Shown here in pieces: positions 42,009-50,657 of a stretch of DNA of 64,000 nt. The stretch spans positions 197,243-261,242 of the forward strand of contig CAZCME010000001.1 in assembly GCA_964499705.1 (NCBI GenBank), in the 5' to 3' direction. Numbering within the stretch: position 1 is the stretch's first letter; every line of letters begins with the position of its first letter. A program made the position numbers and the translations under genes. The stretch comes from an uncultured bacterium (GTDB lineage: Bacteria; UBA8481). Below the pieces are notes generated by a model. That model saw only the letters and a program-made list of their open reading frames with translations, made no database searches and had not been told where the DNA came from.

Positions 42009-42057
42009 ATTATGAAGGATGAAGTACTTCATCCTTCATAATTCATCCTTCATCCTT
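41994..42057. repeat. Perfect 64-bp palindrome built of AAGGATG heptamers
   Basis: AAGGATGAAGGATGAATTATGAAGGATGAAGT|ACTTCATCCTTCATAATTCATCCTTCATCCTT, centre 42025/42026, checked base by base. Confidence 0.97.
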
Positions 42058-42392
42058 CAGAAGAAAACTCCCCCGATATCCGCCGCGCGGCCTTTCTGGC
42101 CTGTGCGCTTCACCATGTGCGGCATCTCGCGCCGCAGGATGCCGTTGATCGCTCCCCACATGGCGCGCTCGATGTTGGAACGGTTCATCTGGGGTTGAAG
42201 AAGCGCGTCCATCCGGATGCGGCCGGCGTCCATCTGCAGGAGATACACCCGGAGTCCCAGCATTTCGGCGCGGCGGCGAATGGCCTTGTCGATGCGATAG
42301 CGGATGCCGTCGGGCATGGAGGGCCTGCGGGCGCGGCCCACGACATTAAGATTGAGCCGGAACTCGAAGGTCTGCCTTGAGGGGAATCCCAT
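42057..42392 (-). CDS. IS200/IS605 TnpA (Y1 HUH)-like protein lacking catalytic residues (111 aa)
   Basis: ATG 42392 preceded by TATACT-N6. The sequence aligns by eye, essentially ungapped, to the Y1 transposase core, with D-H-x-H replaced by G-R-I-R. It ends before the Tyr helix. Confidence 0.65.
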   Translation of the reverse strand: MGFPSRQTFEFRLNLNVVGRARRPSMPDGIRYRIDKAIRRRAEMLGLRVYLLQMDAGRIRMDALLQPQMNRSNIERAMWGAINGILRREMPHMVKRTGQKGRAADIGGVFF

Positions 42393-42422
42393 AACACAAG
42401 TATACTGCCACGTTTTATCTCG

Positions 42423-45400
42423 ATGCAATCCTGCCGCTCCATGTACCTCGAACGCTTCCGGCGCGATCCGGTGCTGGCCGACCGTAATGCGGCGGCGACC
42501 AGCGTCATCGCGCGCGCGGCGATGGTGGCGACGCGCACGGAAAATGTCGCCCACATCGTGGTCACGCCGGATCACCGGGAAGCCGCGGACCTCGCGGAAG
42601 CGATCCGTCTCTTCGTCGAAGGGCCGGTACGGCTTCTCGATCCCTGGGATGTTCTCCCGTTCGAACCCTCCTCGCTCGATGCTCCCGCGGCTGCGGCCCG
42701 CGTCGAATCGTTTTCCCTTCTGTCGCAAGCTTCGAAGAAGACGGTGCCTCCGATCATCGTCGCTTCCGCAAAAGCGATCGCGCGAAAGACCTGTCCCGTT
42801 CCGACCTGGCAGTCGCTCGGAGTGCCGTTGTCGTATGCGGAGGAATATGCGCCCGGCCGGTTGAAGGCGAACCTCTGCGCGATCGGATACGTCCAGGTCG
42901 CGGAAGTGTCCGAGCCCGGGGAGTTCGCCGCGCGCGGCGGCATTCTCGATCTTTTCACCCCGGGCATTCCAGTGCCGGTCCGGATCGAGTGGGACGGAGA
43001 TCTCGTGGAATCGATTCGCGCATTCGAGATCGAGTCTCAGCGGTCCACGGGAGACCGGTTCGACCGGATCAGGATTCTTCCGCCGCGGGAATGCGTTCTT
43101 CCCGTCGAACAGGCCGACAGAGCCGCGGTCGCGGAACGCATCGAGAAAGAAGTCCGATCATCGCTTCGCCGGGACAAATTCCTCGATGCGATCCGGGAGG
43201 GGCTCTTCGTCGAAGGACTGGAGGTCTTTCATCCCTTCTACGCCGACCTGGCCTGCCTCCTGGATGCGCCGGGCCTCGCCGTGACGCTCGTGGATCGCCC
43301 GGAGATCGAGGAACGGCTGGCGGAGATGTACGGGGAGGCCGAGCGCGAATCCGCCGAGAGCGACCTGGGATACGACGCGTCGCTCCTGTGGATACGCTCC
43401 CTGCCGCAACTTGACGACGCCGCGCGGATCTGGACTCTGCCGGTCGAAGGCGTGCCGCTTGTGGAATCCTCGCCGCTTCCGGCGTCTCCCGTCGATTCGC
43501 GGATCATCCGAGTCGACATGAAGCGGCTGGTCGATCGGGAGGATCTCGTCTGCGTCGTCTCGGGAATGTCCCAGCGCGTCCGCGCTCTCCTTAAGGAAGA
43601 GGGATTCGCGGAGGATGAAGTATCCGTGGAAGAGGGCACGCTCATGGAAGGAGCGCACCTGGCGCGGAGCGGAGTCACGGTGGTCGGAGAGGCGGACTTC
43701 TTCGGCCGGCGGCGCCGCAGGACAGCGCGCGGAAAGTCGAAGCGGGCGATCGCCGACTGGGGCGCGATCCGCTCCGGGGAATTCGTCGTCCACATTCATC
43801 ACGGAGTGGGGATCTATCGCGGCATCGAGCGGATCAAGACGCTGGGCGAAATCCGCGACGTCATCCTCATCGAGTATGCCGGAGGCGACCGGTTGTATCT
43901 GCCTCCGCACGAGACGGGATTCGTGGAGCGTTACACCGTGGCCGAAGGAATCATTCCGAAGCTCGACAAGCTCGGCGCGGCGGGATGGGCGAAGATCAGG
44001 GAGCGCGCGGAGCGGGAGACGGCGGAGATCGCCCGCGAGCTTTTGGACCTCTATGCGCTCCGGCATTCTTCGGAAGGCCGCGCGTTCGATCCGGCGGAGG
44101 ATGAGGACGATTTCGCGCGGTCGTTCGGCTATGACGAAACGGAGGACCAGGATCGAGCGATCACCGAGGTGCTTCAGGACCTTGCGAAGGAAGCGGAGCG
44201 CGTCCCGATGGACCGCCTGCTCTGCGGCGACGTCGGATTCGGCAAGACGGAAGTGGCTCTCCGGGCGGCGTTCCGCGTCGTGCGCCATGGCCGCCAGGTG
44301 GCCGTCCTGTGCCCCACGACGATCCTGGCGCTCCAGCATACCGAGACCTTTCGCGACCGGCTCGATCCCTTCGGTATCCAGGTCGGCACGCTTTCGAGAT
44401 TCCAATCGACGAAGGAGATCAAGACGACGCTGGAGGCGTTGGCGGACGGCCGGCTGAAGATCGTGATCGGCACGCACAAGCTGCTTGGCGCCGCCGTGAA
44501 GTTCCGGGACCTGGGTCTGGTTGTCATCGACGAGGAGCAGCGCTTCGGGGTCAGGCACAAGGAGAAGCTGAAGACGATCCGGAAGCAGGTCGACGTCCTC
44601 ACGATGACGGCGACTCCGATCCCGCGGACGCTTCATCTCGCCTTATCCGGCGCGAGGACGCTCTCGCTCATTGAAACGCCTCCGCCGGGCCGCGCTCCGA
44701 TCCAGACGATCGTGGAGCCGTTCAACGAGGAACACGTCCGGCGCGCCATCCGCCGGGAACTCGATCGCGACGGGCAGATCTTCTATGTCCATAACCAGAT
44801 CGAGACGATCGGCCGCGTCCATGATTTTTTGCGGAAGATGTTTCCGAAGGTCGCCATGGAAGTCGCCCACGGGCGGATGAAGGAGAACGATCTCGAGGGC
44901 GCGATGAAGAGATTCCTCTCCGGCGAGACCGCGATTCTCATCTCCACCGCCATCGTGGAGAACGGCCTCGATATCCCGCGCGCCAACACGATGATCGTCG
45001 ACCGCGCGGAGCGATTCGGATTGTCCGCGCTCTACCAGCTTCGTGGGCGGGTCGGGCGGTCGAAGACGCGCGCATACGCCTACTTTTTTCACGGGCCTCC
45101 GGGATCGATGTCGCAGGACGCGCGGGCCAGGCTGGCGGCGATCGCGGAGCATACGGCGCTGGGAGCGGGCTACGCGATTGCGCGGCGCGACATGGAGATC
45201 AGGGGAGCGGGGGAGATCCTGGGCGCGTCGCAATCGGGGGAGATGGAAGCGGTCGGTTACGACATGTACTGCCGGCTCCTGCGGGAGGCGATCGTGGAAT
45301 TGCGCGGGGGAAAAAAGCGCGGCGAAACGTCTCGCCCGACCGTGGACCTCATTCTCTCCGCGTTTCTACCCTTCGACTGGCTTGGCGGCGAGGAACTGGT

Positions 45401-45773
45401 GAGCGCGGTGCATCGCGAGATATCCGCGACGGAAACCGTCGCCGAGGTGGACGCGGTCCGCGACAGTCTCGTCGACCGATTCGGACCTCCGCCGGAGCCG
45501 GTCGAGAATCTCCTGGCGCTGGCGCGGCTTCGGGCTTACGCCGCGCTGGACAGCGTGGAGTTGATCATCGAGTCCGAGTACGACATCACGATCCGCTGGA
45601 GAAAAACCGATGCGCGGGGCCGCGCGATGAGGCTCCCGCAGGATCTCGATGCTTTCTTCTCCGTTCCGATTCCTCCTCTCTACATCCGCTACGCCGATGG
45701 CATCGCCGTCATCGAAAACATTCCGCGGAATCGCACAAAGATCGACTGGCTCCGCAGGATCCTCCGGAGATAG
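42423..45773 (+). CDS. mfd: Transcription-repair coupling factor
   Basis: EFAARGGILD, VVHIHHGVG (CarD-like RID), MDRLLCGDVGFGKTEVA, IDEEQRFGV, MTATPIPRTL, QLRGRVGRS, RDMEIRGAGEILG. Confidence 0.97.
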   Translation: MQSCRSMYLERFRRDPVLADRNAAATSVIARAAMVATRTENVAHIVVTPDHREAADLAEAIRLFVEGPVRLLDPWDVLPFEPSSLDAPAAAARVESFSLLSQASKKTVPPIIVASAKAIARKTCPVPTWQSLGVPLSYAEEYAPGRLKANLCAIGYVQVAEVSEPGEFAARGGILDLFTPGIPVPVRIEWDGDLVESIRAFEIESQRSTGDRFDRIRILPPRECVLPVEQADRAAVAERIEKEVRSSLRRDKFLDAIREGLFVEGLEVFHPFYADLACLLDAPGLAVTLVDRPEIEERLAEMYGEAERESAESDLGYDASLLWIRSLPQLDDAARIWTLPVEGVPLVESSPLPASPVDSRIIRVDMKRLVDREDLVCVVSGMSQRVRALLKEEGFAEDEVSVEEGTLMEGAHLARSGVTVVGEADFFGRRRRRTARGKSKRAIADWGAIRSGEFVVHIHHGVGIYRGIERIKTLGEIRDVILIEYAGGDRLYLPPHETGFVERYTVAEGIIPKLDKLGAAGWAKIRERAERETAEIARELLDLYALRHSSEGRAFDPAEDEDDFARSFGYDETEDQDRAITEVLQDLAKEAERVPMDRLLCGDVGFGKTEVALRAAFRVVRHGRQVAVLCPTTILALQHTETFRDRLDPFGIQVGTLSRFQSTKEIKTTLEALADGRLKIVIGTHKLLGAAVKFRDLGLVVIDEEQRFGVRHKEKLKTIRKQVDVLTMTATPIPRTLHLALSGARTLSLIETPPPGRAPIQTIVEPFNEEHVRRAIRRELDRDGQIFYVHNQIETIGRVHDFLRKMFPKVAMEVAHGRMKENDLEGAMKRFLSGETAILISTAIVENGLDIPRANTMIVDRAERFGLSALYQLRGRVGRSKTRAYAYFFHGPPGSMSQDARARLAAIAEHTALGAGYAIARRDMEIRGAGEILGASQSGEMEAVGYDMYCRLLREAIVELRGGKKRGETSRPTVDLILSAFLPFDWLGGEELVSAVHREISATETVAEVDAVRDSLVDRFGPPPEPVENLLALARLRAYAALDSVELIIESEYDITIRWRKTDARGRAMRLPQDLDAFFSVPIPPLYIRYADGIAVIENIPRNRTKIDWLRRILRR

Positions 45774-45875
45774 TGCTCACGGAGCGACCGGCCTTCAGGG
45801 CTCGGATCGACGGACTCGCCCGTGCCTCCGCAATGCGACATTGCAGCGGAAGAACCACGTTTGTATAATGGGCGC

Positions 45876-46643
45876 ATGCGTCGCGTGATTCTAACCGTGT
45901 TGTTGATGCTGGCGTCGACGGAGGCTTACGCGGCGTCGCCGCTGGACCAGATCCGCGTGGCCGTCGCCCGGGAGAAGCGGGCCGGCCGGATGCCCGTCAT
46001 CGTTTTCAACATCGACGGCACGATCTTCGACAATCGTCCTCGCTCCCAGGCCATTCTCCGGGACTTCATCGCGGCGGGCGGCGATTCCTATTCCGATATC
46101 GCCGATTCGATCAATTCGCTCGGCAAGGACTCCATAGACTACTTCGTCGTCGACTCCTTCAAGACGGTCGGCGTGACCGACATGCTCTTTCTAGAATCGG
46201 CCCTGAAGTTCTGGTCCGACCGATTTTTCACGGATGAATATGTCCAGAAGGACATGCCCATGGACGGTTCGGCGTCCTTCATCACGGAGATGCACGACTC
46301 GGGAGCGATGATCGTCTACCTGTCGGGACGGGGTCGGACAGCCATGATGGACGGAACCTTCACGTCGCTCCGGATGCACGGCTTCCCCGTGGCGACGCCG
46401 CGCACGATCCTCATCCTGAAACCGAATCCGCGCGATAATAACGAGGATTATAAGCGGGGAGCGATGCGGGACATATCCCGGCTCGGTCGCGTGGTGGCGG
46501 CCTTCGAAAACGATCCGCGATCGGTGAACCTGATGAAGCGCCAGTGGCCGTCAGCCAAGGTCGTGATGATACGGGCTCCTCACGCCAAGGACGCTCCGCC
46601 CGTTGAGAAAAACATCCCGATCATCGATTCCTATATCGATTAG
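45876..46643 (+). CDS. Secreted HAD-superfamily protein with Asn in place of the nucleophile Asp
   Basis: Signal peptide MRRVILTVLLMLASTEAYA. Motif I reads VFNIDGT, motif II YLSGR, motif III K in EDYK, motif IV AAFEND. TATAAT-N6-ATG supports this start. Confidence 0.75.
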   Translation: MRRVILTVLLMLASTEAYAASPLDQIRVAVAREKRAGRMPVIVFNIDGTIFDNRPRSQAILRDFIAAGGDSYSDIADSINSLGKDSIDYFVVDSFKTVGVTDMLFLESALKFWSDRFFTDEYVQKDMPMDGSASFITEMHDSGAMIVYLSGRGRTAMMDGTFTSLRMHGFPVATPRTILILKPNPRDNNEDYKRGAMRDISRLGRVVAAFENDPRSVNLMKRQWPSAKVVMIRAPHAKDAPPVEKNIPIIDSYID

Positions 46644-46666
46644 GAAGCCGGGCGAACCGCGTCTCC

Positions 46667-47296
46667 TTACGAGACTGTGAAGCTCGATTCCGACGACGTC
46701 TCCGAGATGTCATCTCCGGCCACCGCCTTGATATGGCTGACGTAGGTATATTCGCCCCTCGGGATGTCTCTCTGCAGCGTGATGCGCCGCGTGATCCGGT
46801 GCGTGCCGGGAGTCATCGTGAAATTGTCCTCGATGATATTGCCGATCAGCTTGTCGCCCTTGTAGATCGCGATTCTCTGCCGGACATTGACGGATTGATC
46901 CGCGCTGGGCGCCATCAGGGCGATCGTGCTGTTCATGTCGAGATCGTCGCCGGGATGAGCCGTGGCCGGGGAAACGGCGGCATCGGTCTGCTTCACCTGG
47001 ACGCCCGCGACCGACCTGTAGTTGTTGCTGCGATTCGTCTCGCCGGCCGACGTGACGCGCTCGGTCCGCGATTTTCCAACGACGTATCCGATCGCGCCGC
47101 CGACAAGCGCTCCGATGACCGCGCCCTCCACCAGCCTGTCGCTCTGGTGGCCGATCACGGCGCCCAGGCCTGCGCCGAGGAGCGAACCGGTCACGGTGGA
47201 TGTCGCCACGTCCGCGCAGGCGGTCACGGTCATGCTCAATGCGAGCGCCAATGCAGTCGTCTTGCTGAAACCGGAAGCCGAGAATGAGGTTTTCAT
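46667..47296 (-). CDS. Glycine-zipper lipoprotein
   Basis: Lipobox VTAC followed by GSLLGAGLGAVIG...GAVIGALVGGAIG. TAGACT-N7 precedes ATG 47296. Confidence 0.75.
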   Translation of the reverse strand: MKTSFSASGFSKTTALALALSMTVTACADVATSTVTGSLLGAGLGAVIGHQSDRLVEGAVIGALVGGAIGYVVGKSRTERVTSAGETNRSNNYRSVAGVQVKQTDAAVSPATAHPGDDLDMNSTIALMAPSADQSVNVRQRIAIYKGDKLIGNIIEDNFTMTPGTHRITRRITLQRDIPRGEYTYVSHIKAVAGDDISETSSESSFTVS

Positions 47297-47398
47297 GCCG
47301 GTAAGTCTAGTCCCTGACACGCGCCGCATCAAGAGCTACTCCGGACTGATTCCAGATCCGCTGCGCCGAACATGCAGAAGTTCCCCATCAAGAAGTGA

Positions 47399-47579
47399 TA
47401 ACAGGATGGGCAGGATGGGCAGGATCATTTTGAGTGAAAACCATGGTAATGTAGTCCTGTTATCGGCGAGGGATTTTCTTTTCTCTCTATCAGGAGAATT
47501 AATACTGGACATGCGCCAATATCGCATTCCAATCGCGTCCTACAGCCTCAAAATCCTGCCCATCCTGCCCATCCTGTTA
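47399..47579. repeat. Inverted-repeat-bounded intergenic element (MITE/REP-like)
   Basis: Perfect 27-bp arms TAACAGGATGGGCAGGATGGGCAGGAT (47399-47425) and its reverse complement (47553-47579), made of 9-mer CAGGATGGG units. After a 3-nt bulge the pairing extends by TTTGAG/CTCAAA. The interior is AT-rich. Confidence 0.85.
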
Positions 47580-47663
47580 ATTTCCCGTCATGGGATGGGG
47601 AACTTCTACCGGACATGTGCGAGCCTTTTGTTATCCCGCCTCTTGTTCTATAATGCCGTCGAC

Positions 47664-49070
47664 GTGGTTGACGAACCGACATTGACGGATGCCCAGCTTG
47701 CGAAGCAGCCTTCTTCGCCTCGAGCCGGAGCGGACAGTCTCGGCGCCATCCTGGAACTGCCGCCGGGCTATGTCGTCGGCGGCACTTATAAGATTTCCGC
47801 CAAGCTCGGGATCGGCGCCATGGGCGTGGTGTACCGCGGCGAGGACACGAAGCTTCACCGCACGGTCGCGCTGAAATTCCTGAATCCGATCATCGCGGAC
47901 TCGCCCGAGATCGTCGATCTCTTCCGCGCCGAAGCCCGCGCGCTCGCCAAGCTGAACCACCCCAACATCGTCCAGATCTACGCCTTTGGCGAGGAAAGGG
48001 GATGGCTGTATTTCGCCATGGAGCTTGTGCAGGGCGAGACGCTGGGCACCAAGCTCGAACGCGAAGGACGGATGCGCGCCGACAAGATCGCTCCGCTTCT
48101 TCGTCAAGTCTGCGAAGGGCTCGAAGCATCCCACGGCAACAGCATGGTCCACCGCGACTTGAAACCGGCCAACATCGTCATCATGGCGAATGATAAGGTG
48201 AAGGTCATGGATTTCGGATTGGCGGGAGTGGCCGCGACCGCCACCGGCCGCGCGATGGGAACTCCCCGGTACATGTCTCCGGAGCAGGCGCTCGGCCTGA
48301 AGGTCGATGCGCGCGCCGACCTCTATTCGCTCGGTATCGTCGCCTACGAATGTCTCGTCGGCGATGTTCCGTTCGAGGGCGAGAATTACCGCAAGACGCT
48401 GGAGATGCACGTGCACGCTCCGGTTCCCTCGCCTCGCCAGCGCCGGCCCGATGTGCCGCGCGAGTGGGATTTCTTCGTCCGCGATCTCCTGGCGAAGCGT
48501 CCCGAGGAACGGCCTGCCACCGCCGCCGATGTCATCAAGAGACTCGACGCGCTGATGGGGACAGCCGACCCGGAAGCGGCGCGCGGAGCCGTCCTCGATC
48601 CGAAGGCGGAGGCCGACAAGATCTACGGCAAGGCGCGCGCGCATTTCGACATCGGCGAAATCCGCGCCGTGCGCGATCTGCTCGATGAAGTCTTCTTCCG
48701 GAACAACATGCACCCGAAAGCGTGGAACCTCCTGGGCGCCCTGGAACTGAAGCTGAATAATTTCCCGGAGGCTTCCAAGGCCTTCGCCAAGGCGCTGACC
48801 GTCGATCCCGCCTACTTCGAAGCCGCGCTGAACCTGGGGATCGCCCTGCAGAAGCAGCACCGTCATTCGGAGGCGATCTGGGCGTTCGACCGGGCGTCCA
48901 AGCTGATGGGCAGTCTCTCCGCGCCATGGTTGCACCTCGGCGAGGCGCGTCTCGCGCTCCGTGATTTCCCCGGCGCGCGAAAGGCCTGGGAACGGGCGCT
49001 CGACATCGAACCGCATAACCAGGCTCTGAAGAGGCGTTACGATGATCTCAAGAAGGCCATGGCCCTGTAA
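47664..49070 (+). CDS. Hanks-type Ser/Thr protein kinase with C-terminal TPRs
   Basis: GIGAMGVVY, VALKFL, HRDLKPAN, DFG, GTPRYMSPEQ, DLYSLG, then TPRs. Start GTG 47664 follows TATAAT at 47649-47654; an in-frame ATG at 47511 is the alternative. Confidence 0.92.
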   Translation: MVDEPTLTDAQLAKQPSSPRAGADSLGAILELPPGYVVGGTYKISAKLGIGAMGVVYRGEDTKLHRTVALKFLNPIIADSPEIVDLFRAEARALAKLNHPNIVQIYAFGEERGWLYFAMELVQGETLGTKLEREGRMRADKIAPLLRQVCEGLEASHGNSMVHRDLKPANIVIMANDKVKVMDFGLAGVAATATGRAMGTPRYMSPEQALGLKVDARADLYSLGIVAYECLVGDVPFEGENYRKTLEMHVHAPVPSPRQRRPDVPREWDFFVRDLLAKRPEERPATAADVIKRLDALMGTADPEAARGAVLDPKAEADKIYGKARAHFDIGEIRAVRDLLDEVFFRNNMHPKAWNLLGALELKLNNFPEASKAFAKALTVDPAYFEAALNLGIALQKQHRHSEAIWAFDRASKLMGSLSAPWLHLGEARLALRDFPGARKAWERALDIEPHNQALKRRYDDLKKAMAL

Positions 49071-49106
49071 CATGCTTTCCGACACTTGATTGATTTTGCG
49101 CCGGAT

Positions 49107-50009
49107 ATGAAGACACCTTTTCGCATAGCCGTAGTGGCGCCCTCCGGACCTCCGAAGGTGAGGGAACTTCTCAAGGGTCAGCGGCAGCTTCGGGACAGAT
49201 TCGGTCCGATGGAATTCCAGCACAGCCCCCGGCTTCGCAATCGGCTCGGCTACCTCGCGGGCGACGATGACGCGCGGGCGGCGTCCCTGGAATGGGCATT
49301 CTCACAAAAAAAAATAACGCACGTCTGGTTCGCCCGAGGTGGATTCGGGACGACGCGGATCATCGACCGGATTCCGTGGAAACGATATGCCGCCACGCGG
49401 AAAATTCTGCTCGGGTATTCCGACGCCACATCGTTTCTCCTCGCGCATGCGGCCGCGGGAGGACGAGCATTGCACTCCCCGATGATTGCGACCGATATCG
49501 CGGCGGGTGGCTCGGTCCGCACATGGGAATCTCTCGGCAGGATCGTTTTCGGACCAGGTCAGGAGACCTATTCCTTTTCGGCGAAATGGTATTCGAAGGG
49601 AGTCAAGGCGATGCAGGGGAGCATACTTCCGGGCAACATCGCCGTGCTGGCGGCCATGGCCGGAACCCCGGAATTTCCCGACGGCTCCGGGAAGGTGATC
49701 TGCCTTGAGGAAGTGAAGGAGGAACCCTACCGGGTCGACCGTCTCCTCACTCAACTACTTCACGCCGGACTATTTCGGCGCGCCGCCGGAATTGTTTTCG
49801 GATCGATGACGGGATGCGTTCCTGAAAATCCGAGAAAATCACTGAGCCTGGACGAAGTATTCCGGAGATTCGCGCGGGAGACGGGATTGCCCGTGGTCGC
49901 GGGTTATCCCTTCGGGCATGGCGGCGTGAATTCCGTCATGCCTGTCTTCGGCATGCTGAAGCTGAGAGGAAACAGGACGTCGGTTTCCGTCCCCTGGAAC
50001 AAAGCTTAA
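49107..50009 (+). CDS. LD-carboxypeptidase (peptidase S66, LdcA-like)
   Basis: VVAPSG, ARGGFG, GYSDATS (catalytic Ser), LEEV (Glu), PFGHG (His). Confidence 0.9.
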   Translation: MKTPFRIAVVAPSGPPKVRELLKGQRQLRDRFGPMEFQHSPRLRNRLGYLAGDDDARAASLEWAFSQKKITHVWFARGGFGTTRIIDRIPWKRYAATRKILLGYSDATSFLLAHAAAGGRALHSPMIATDIAAGGSVRTWESLGRIVFGPGQETYSFSAKWYSKGVKAMQGSILPGNIAVLAAMAGTPEFPDGSGKVICLEEVKEEPYRVDRLLTQLLHAGLFRRAAGIVFGSMTGCVPENPRKSLSLDEVFRRFARETGLPVVAGYPFGHGGVNSVMPVFGMLKLRGNRTSVSVPWNKA

Positions 50010-50608
50010 GGCGTCTCGATTCGTTTCGGCATCATGGACAGCACGTACGCGGGAAGCGTGTCGCGGCGGGATCGATAGATCGATTCCCTGGGGCGCGCCA
50101 TGGAGAGCTCGTTGCGGGCGATCGCCTCGATCGTTTCCGGATCGTTCTTCAGGGCCGCGATTTCAAGCGTCAGCGCCGCGTTCACCTTCCGCGCCGCTTC
50201 CACCTTCTCCATCCGGCCCTCGATGACTTCCCGCAGCTCGCCACGGGCAATATAACCCCGGCTCGAAAAGACATAGATGTGCGTCATGAGAACCGCGAGG
50301 GTCAGGGACATGGATACGACCGCATACTTGCGGCTGAGAGGGGAGACGGAAGAAACGAGATCGTAGAGGGAGGGAATTCGTGGAGCATTCACGCCGGGCC
50401 ATCTCTTCATCGCCTGGAATCCTGTCACGCGCGCCATCATCTGCGGCAGTCTCACCTGCGGCATGCTGACGACCGGCATCCGGGCGAATCCGGAGCGCAG
50501 TTTCGAGAAGAAGCGGGCCGCCAGGGATGAGCCGCGGCGGCGGCGCATGCGCACGGCGCCTTTTGCGACGAACTTCTTATGGGGTAACGGTTTCACCTGT
50601 AGAACCAC
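50006..50608 (-). CDS. Septum formation initiator family protein (FtsB/DivIC-like)
   Basis: Single TM, then YVFSSRGY, a coiled coil, and LKNDPETIEAIARNELSMARPRE. Start uncertain. Confidence 0.75.
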   Translation of the reverse strand: MVLQVKPLPHKKFVAKGAVRMRRRRGSSLAARFFSKLRSGFARMPVVSMPQVRLPQMMARVTGFQAMKRWPGVNAPRIPSLYDLVSSVSPLSRKYAVVSMSLTLAVLMTHIYVFSSRGYIARGELREVIEGRMEKVEAARKVNAALTLEIAALKNDPETIEAIARNELSMARPRESIYRSRRDTLPAYVLSMMPKRIETP

Positions 50609-50657
50609 TACAGGCTATCGGCGCCTCCGATCCGACCTTGAGGGGGAGTTCGCCCGA

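Noticed and set aside
42393-42728. Upstream extension of the 42057-42728 minus ORF
   Set aside because: It is antisense to the start of mfd. Only the part from ATG 42392 resembles a protein family.
41994-47579. Heptamer and nonamer repeats as a CRISPR array
   Set aside because: They are inverted, have no unique spacers, and no cas genes are present.
47022-47663. Long N-terminal extension of the kinase ORF in the track
   Set aside because: It overlaps the opposite-strand lipoprotein gene and reads through the repeat arms (ILPILPIL). TATAAT before GTG 47664 fits better.
3591-48000. Many long antisense or alternate-frame ORFs (e.g. 3591-5249, 6366-8447, 37610-39424, 43158-44636, 47631-49223)
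   Set aside because: They shadow genes with clear family motifs, are Arg/Pro/Ala-rich without motifs, and are expected in GC-rich DNA.
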